A model generated the notes under the pieces. That model saw nothing but the letters and a program-made list of their open reading frames with translations. It made no database searches and was not told where the DNA came from. Made by a program: the position numbers and the translations under genes. Positions 63,971-64,000 of a stretch of 64,000 nt of DNA are shown piece after piece; the first letter of the stretch is position 1, and the number at the start of each line of letters is the position of its first letter. The DNA lies in NCBI GenBank assembly GCA_024679065.1, contig JAGIQG010000028.1:13268001-13332000 (forward strand), in the 5' to 3' direction. The stretch is from Sphyrna mokarran. Its lineage: Eukaryota.

Positions 63971-64000
63971 AATTGCTCTTAATGTCAGGGGGATTAGCAG

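Noticed and set aside
1-64000. Neighbouring MEGF6 exons (EMI exon with CCxGW; next cbEGF exon with D.NEC...NGGC)
   Set aside because: No matching reading frame with splice sites was found by eye.

Overview
This is vertebrate genomic DNA, almost certainly from a shark. It carries dense HE1/V-SINE, SacSINE1/DeuSINE-like, CR1, Rex1/Babar and Penelope-type repeats. The only host protein-coding feature I can support is one 105-nt, phase 1-1 EGF exon on the minus strand (43539-43643; [35 protein letters not shown]). It matches exon 4 of MEGF6; the paralog EGFEM1 is less likely. The whole window is therefore probably two large introns of that gene. Nearly all ORFs in the supplied track are transposon debris or chance. 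The most interesting signals are: (i) two families of small Penelope-derived elements carrying minimal hammerhead ribozyme motifs, often as head-to-head palindromes with 10-13 bp target-site duplications (TSDs), with one intact core in the sense of the host pre-mRNA; (ii) a ~470-bp inverted duplication made of a SINE plus unique 3' flank; (iii) a triple nuclear-receptor half-site array and other candidate conserved non-coding islands. I found no clearly new biological system. Repeat boundaries were read by eye and are approximate; family names come from recalled consensus sequences, not from a database search.
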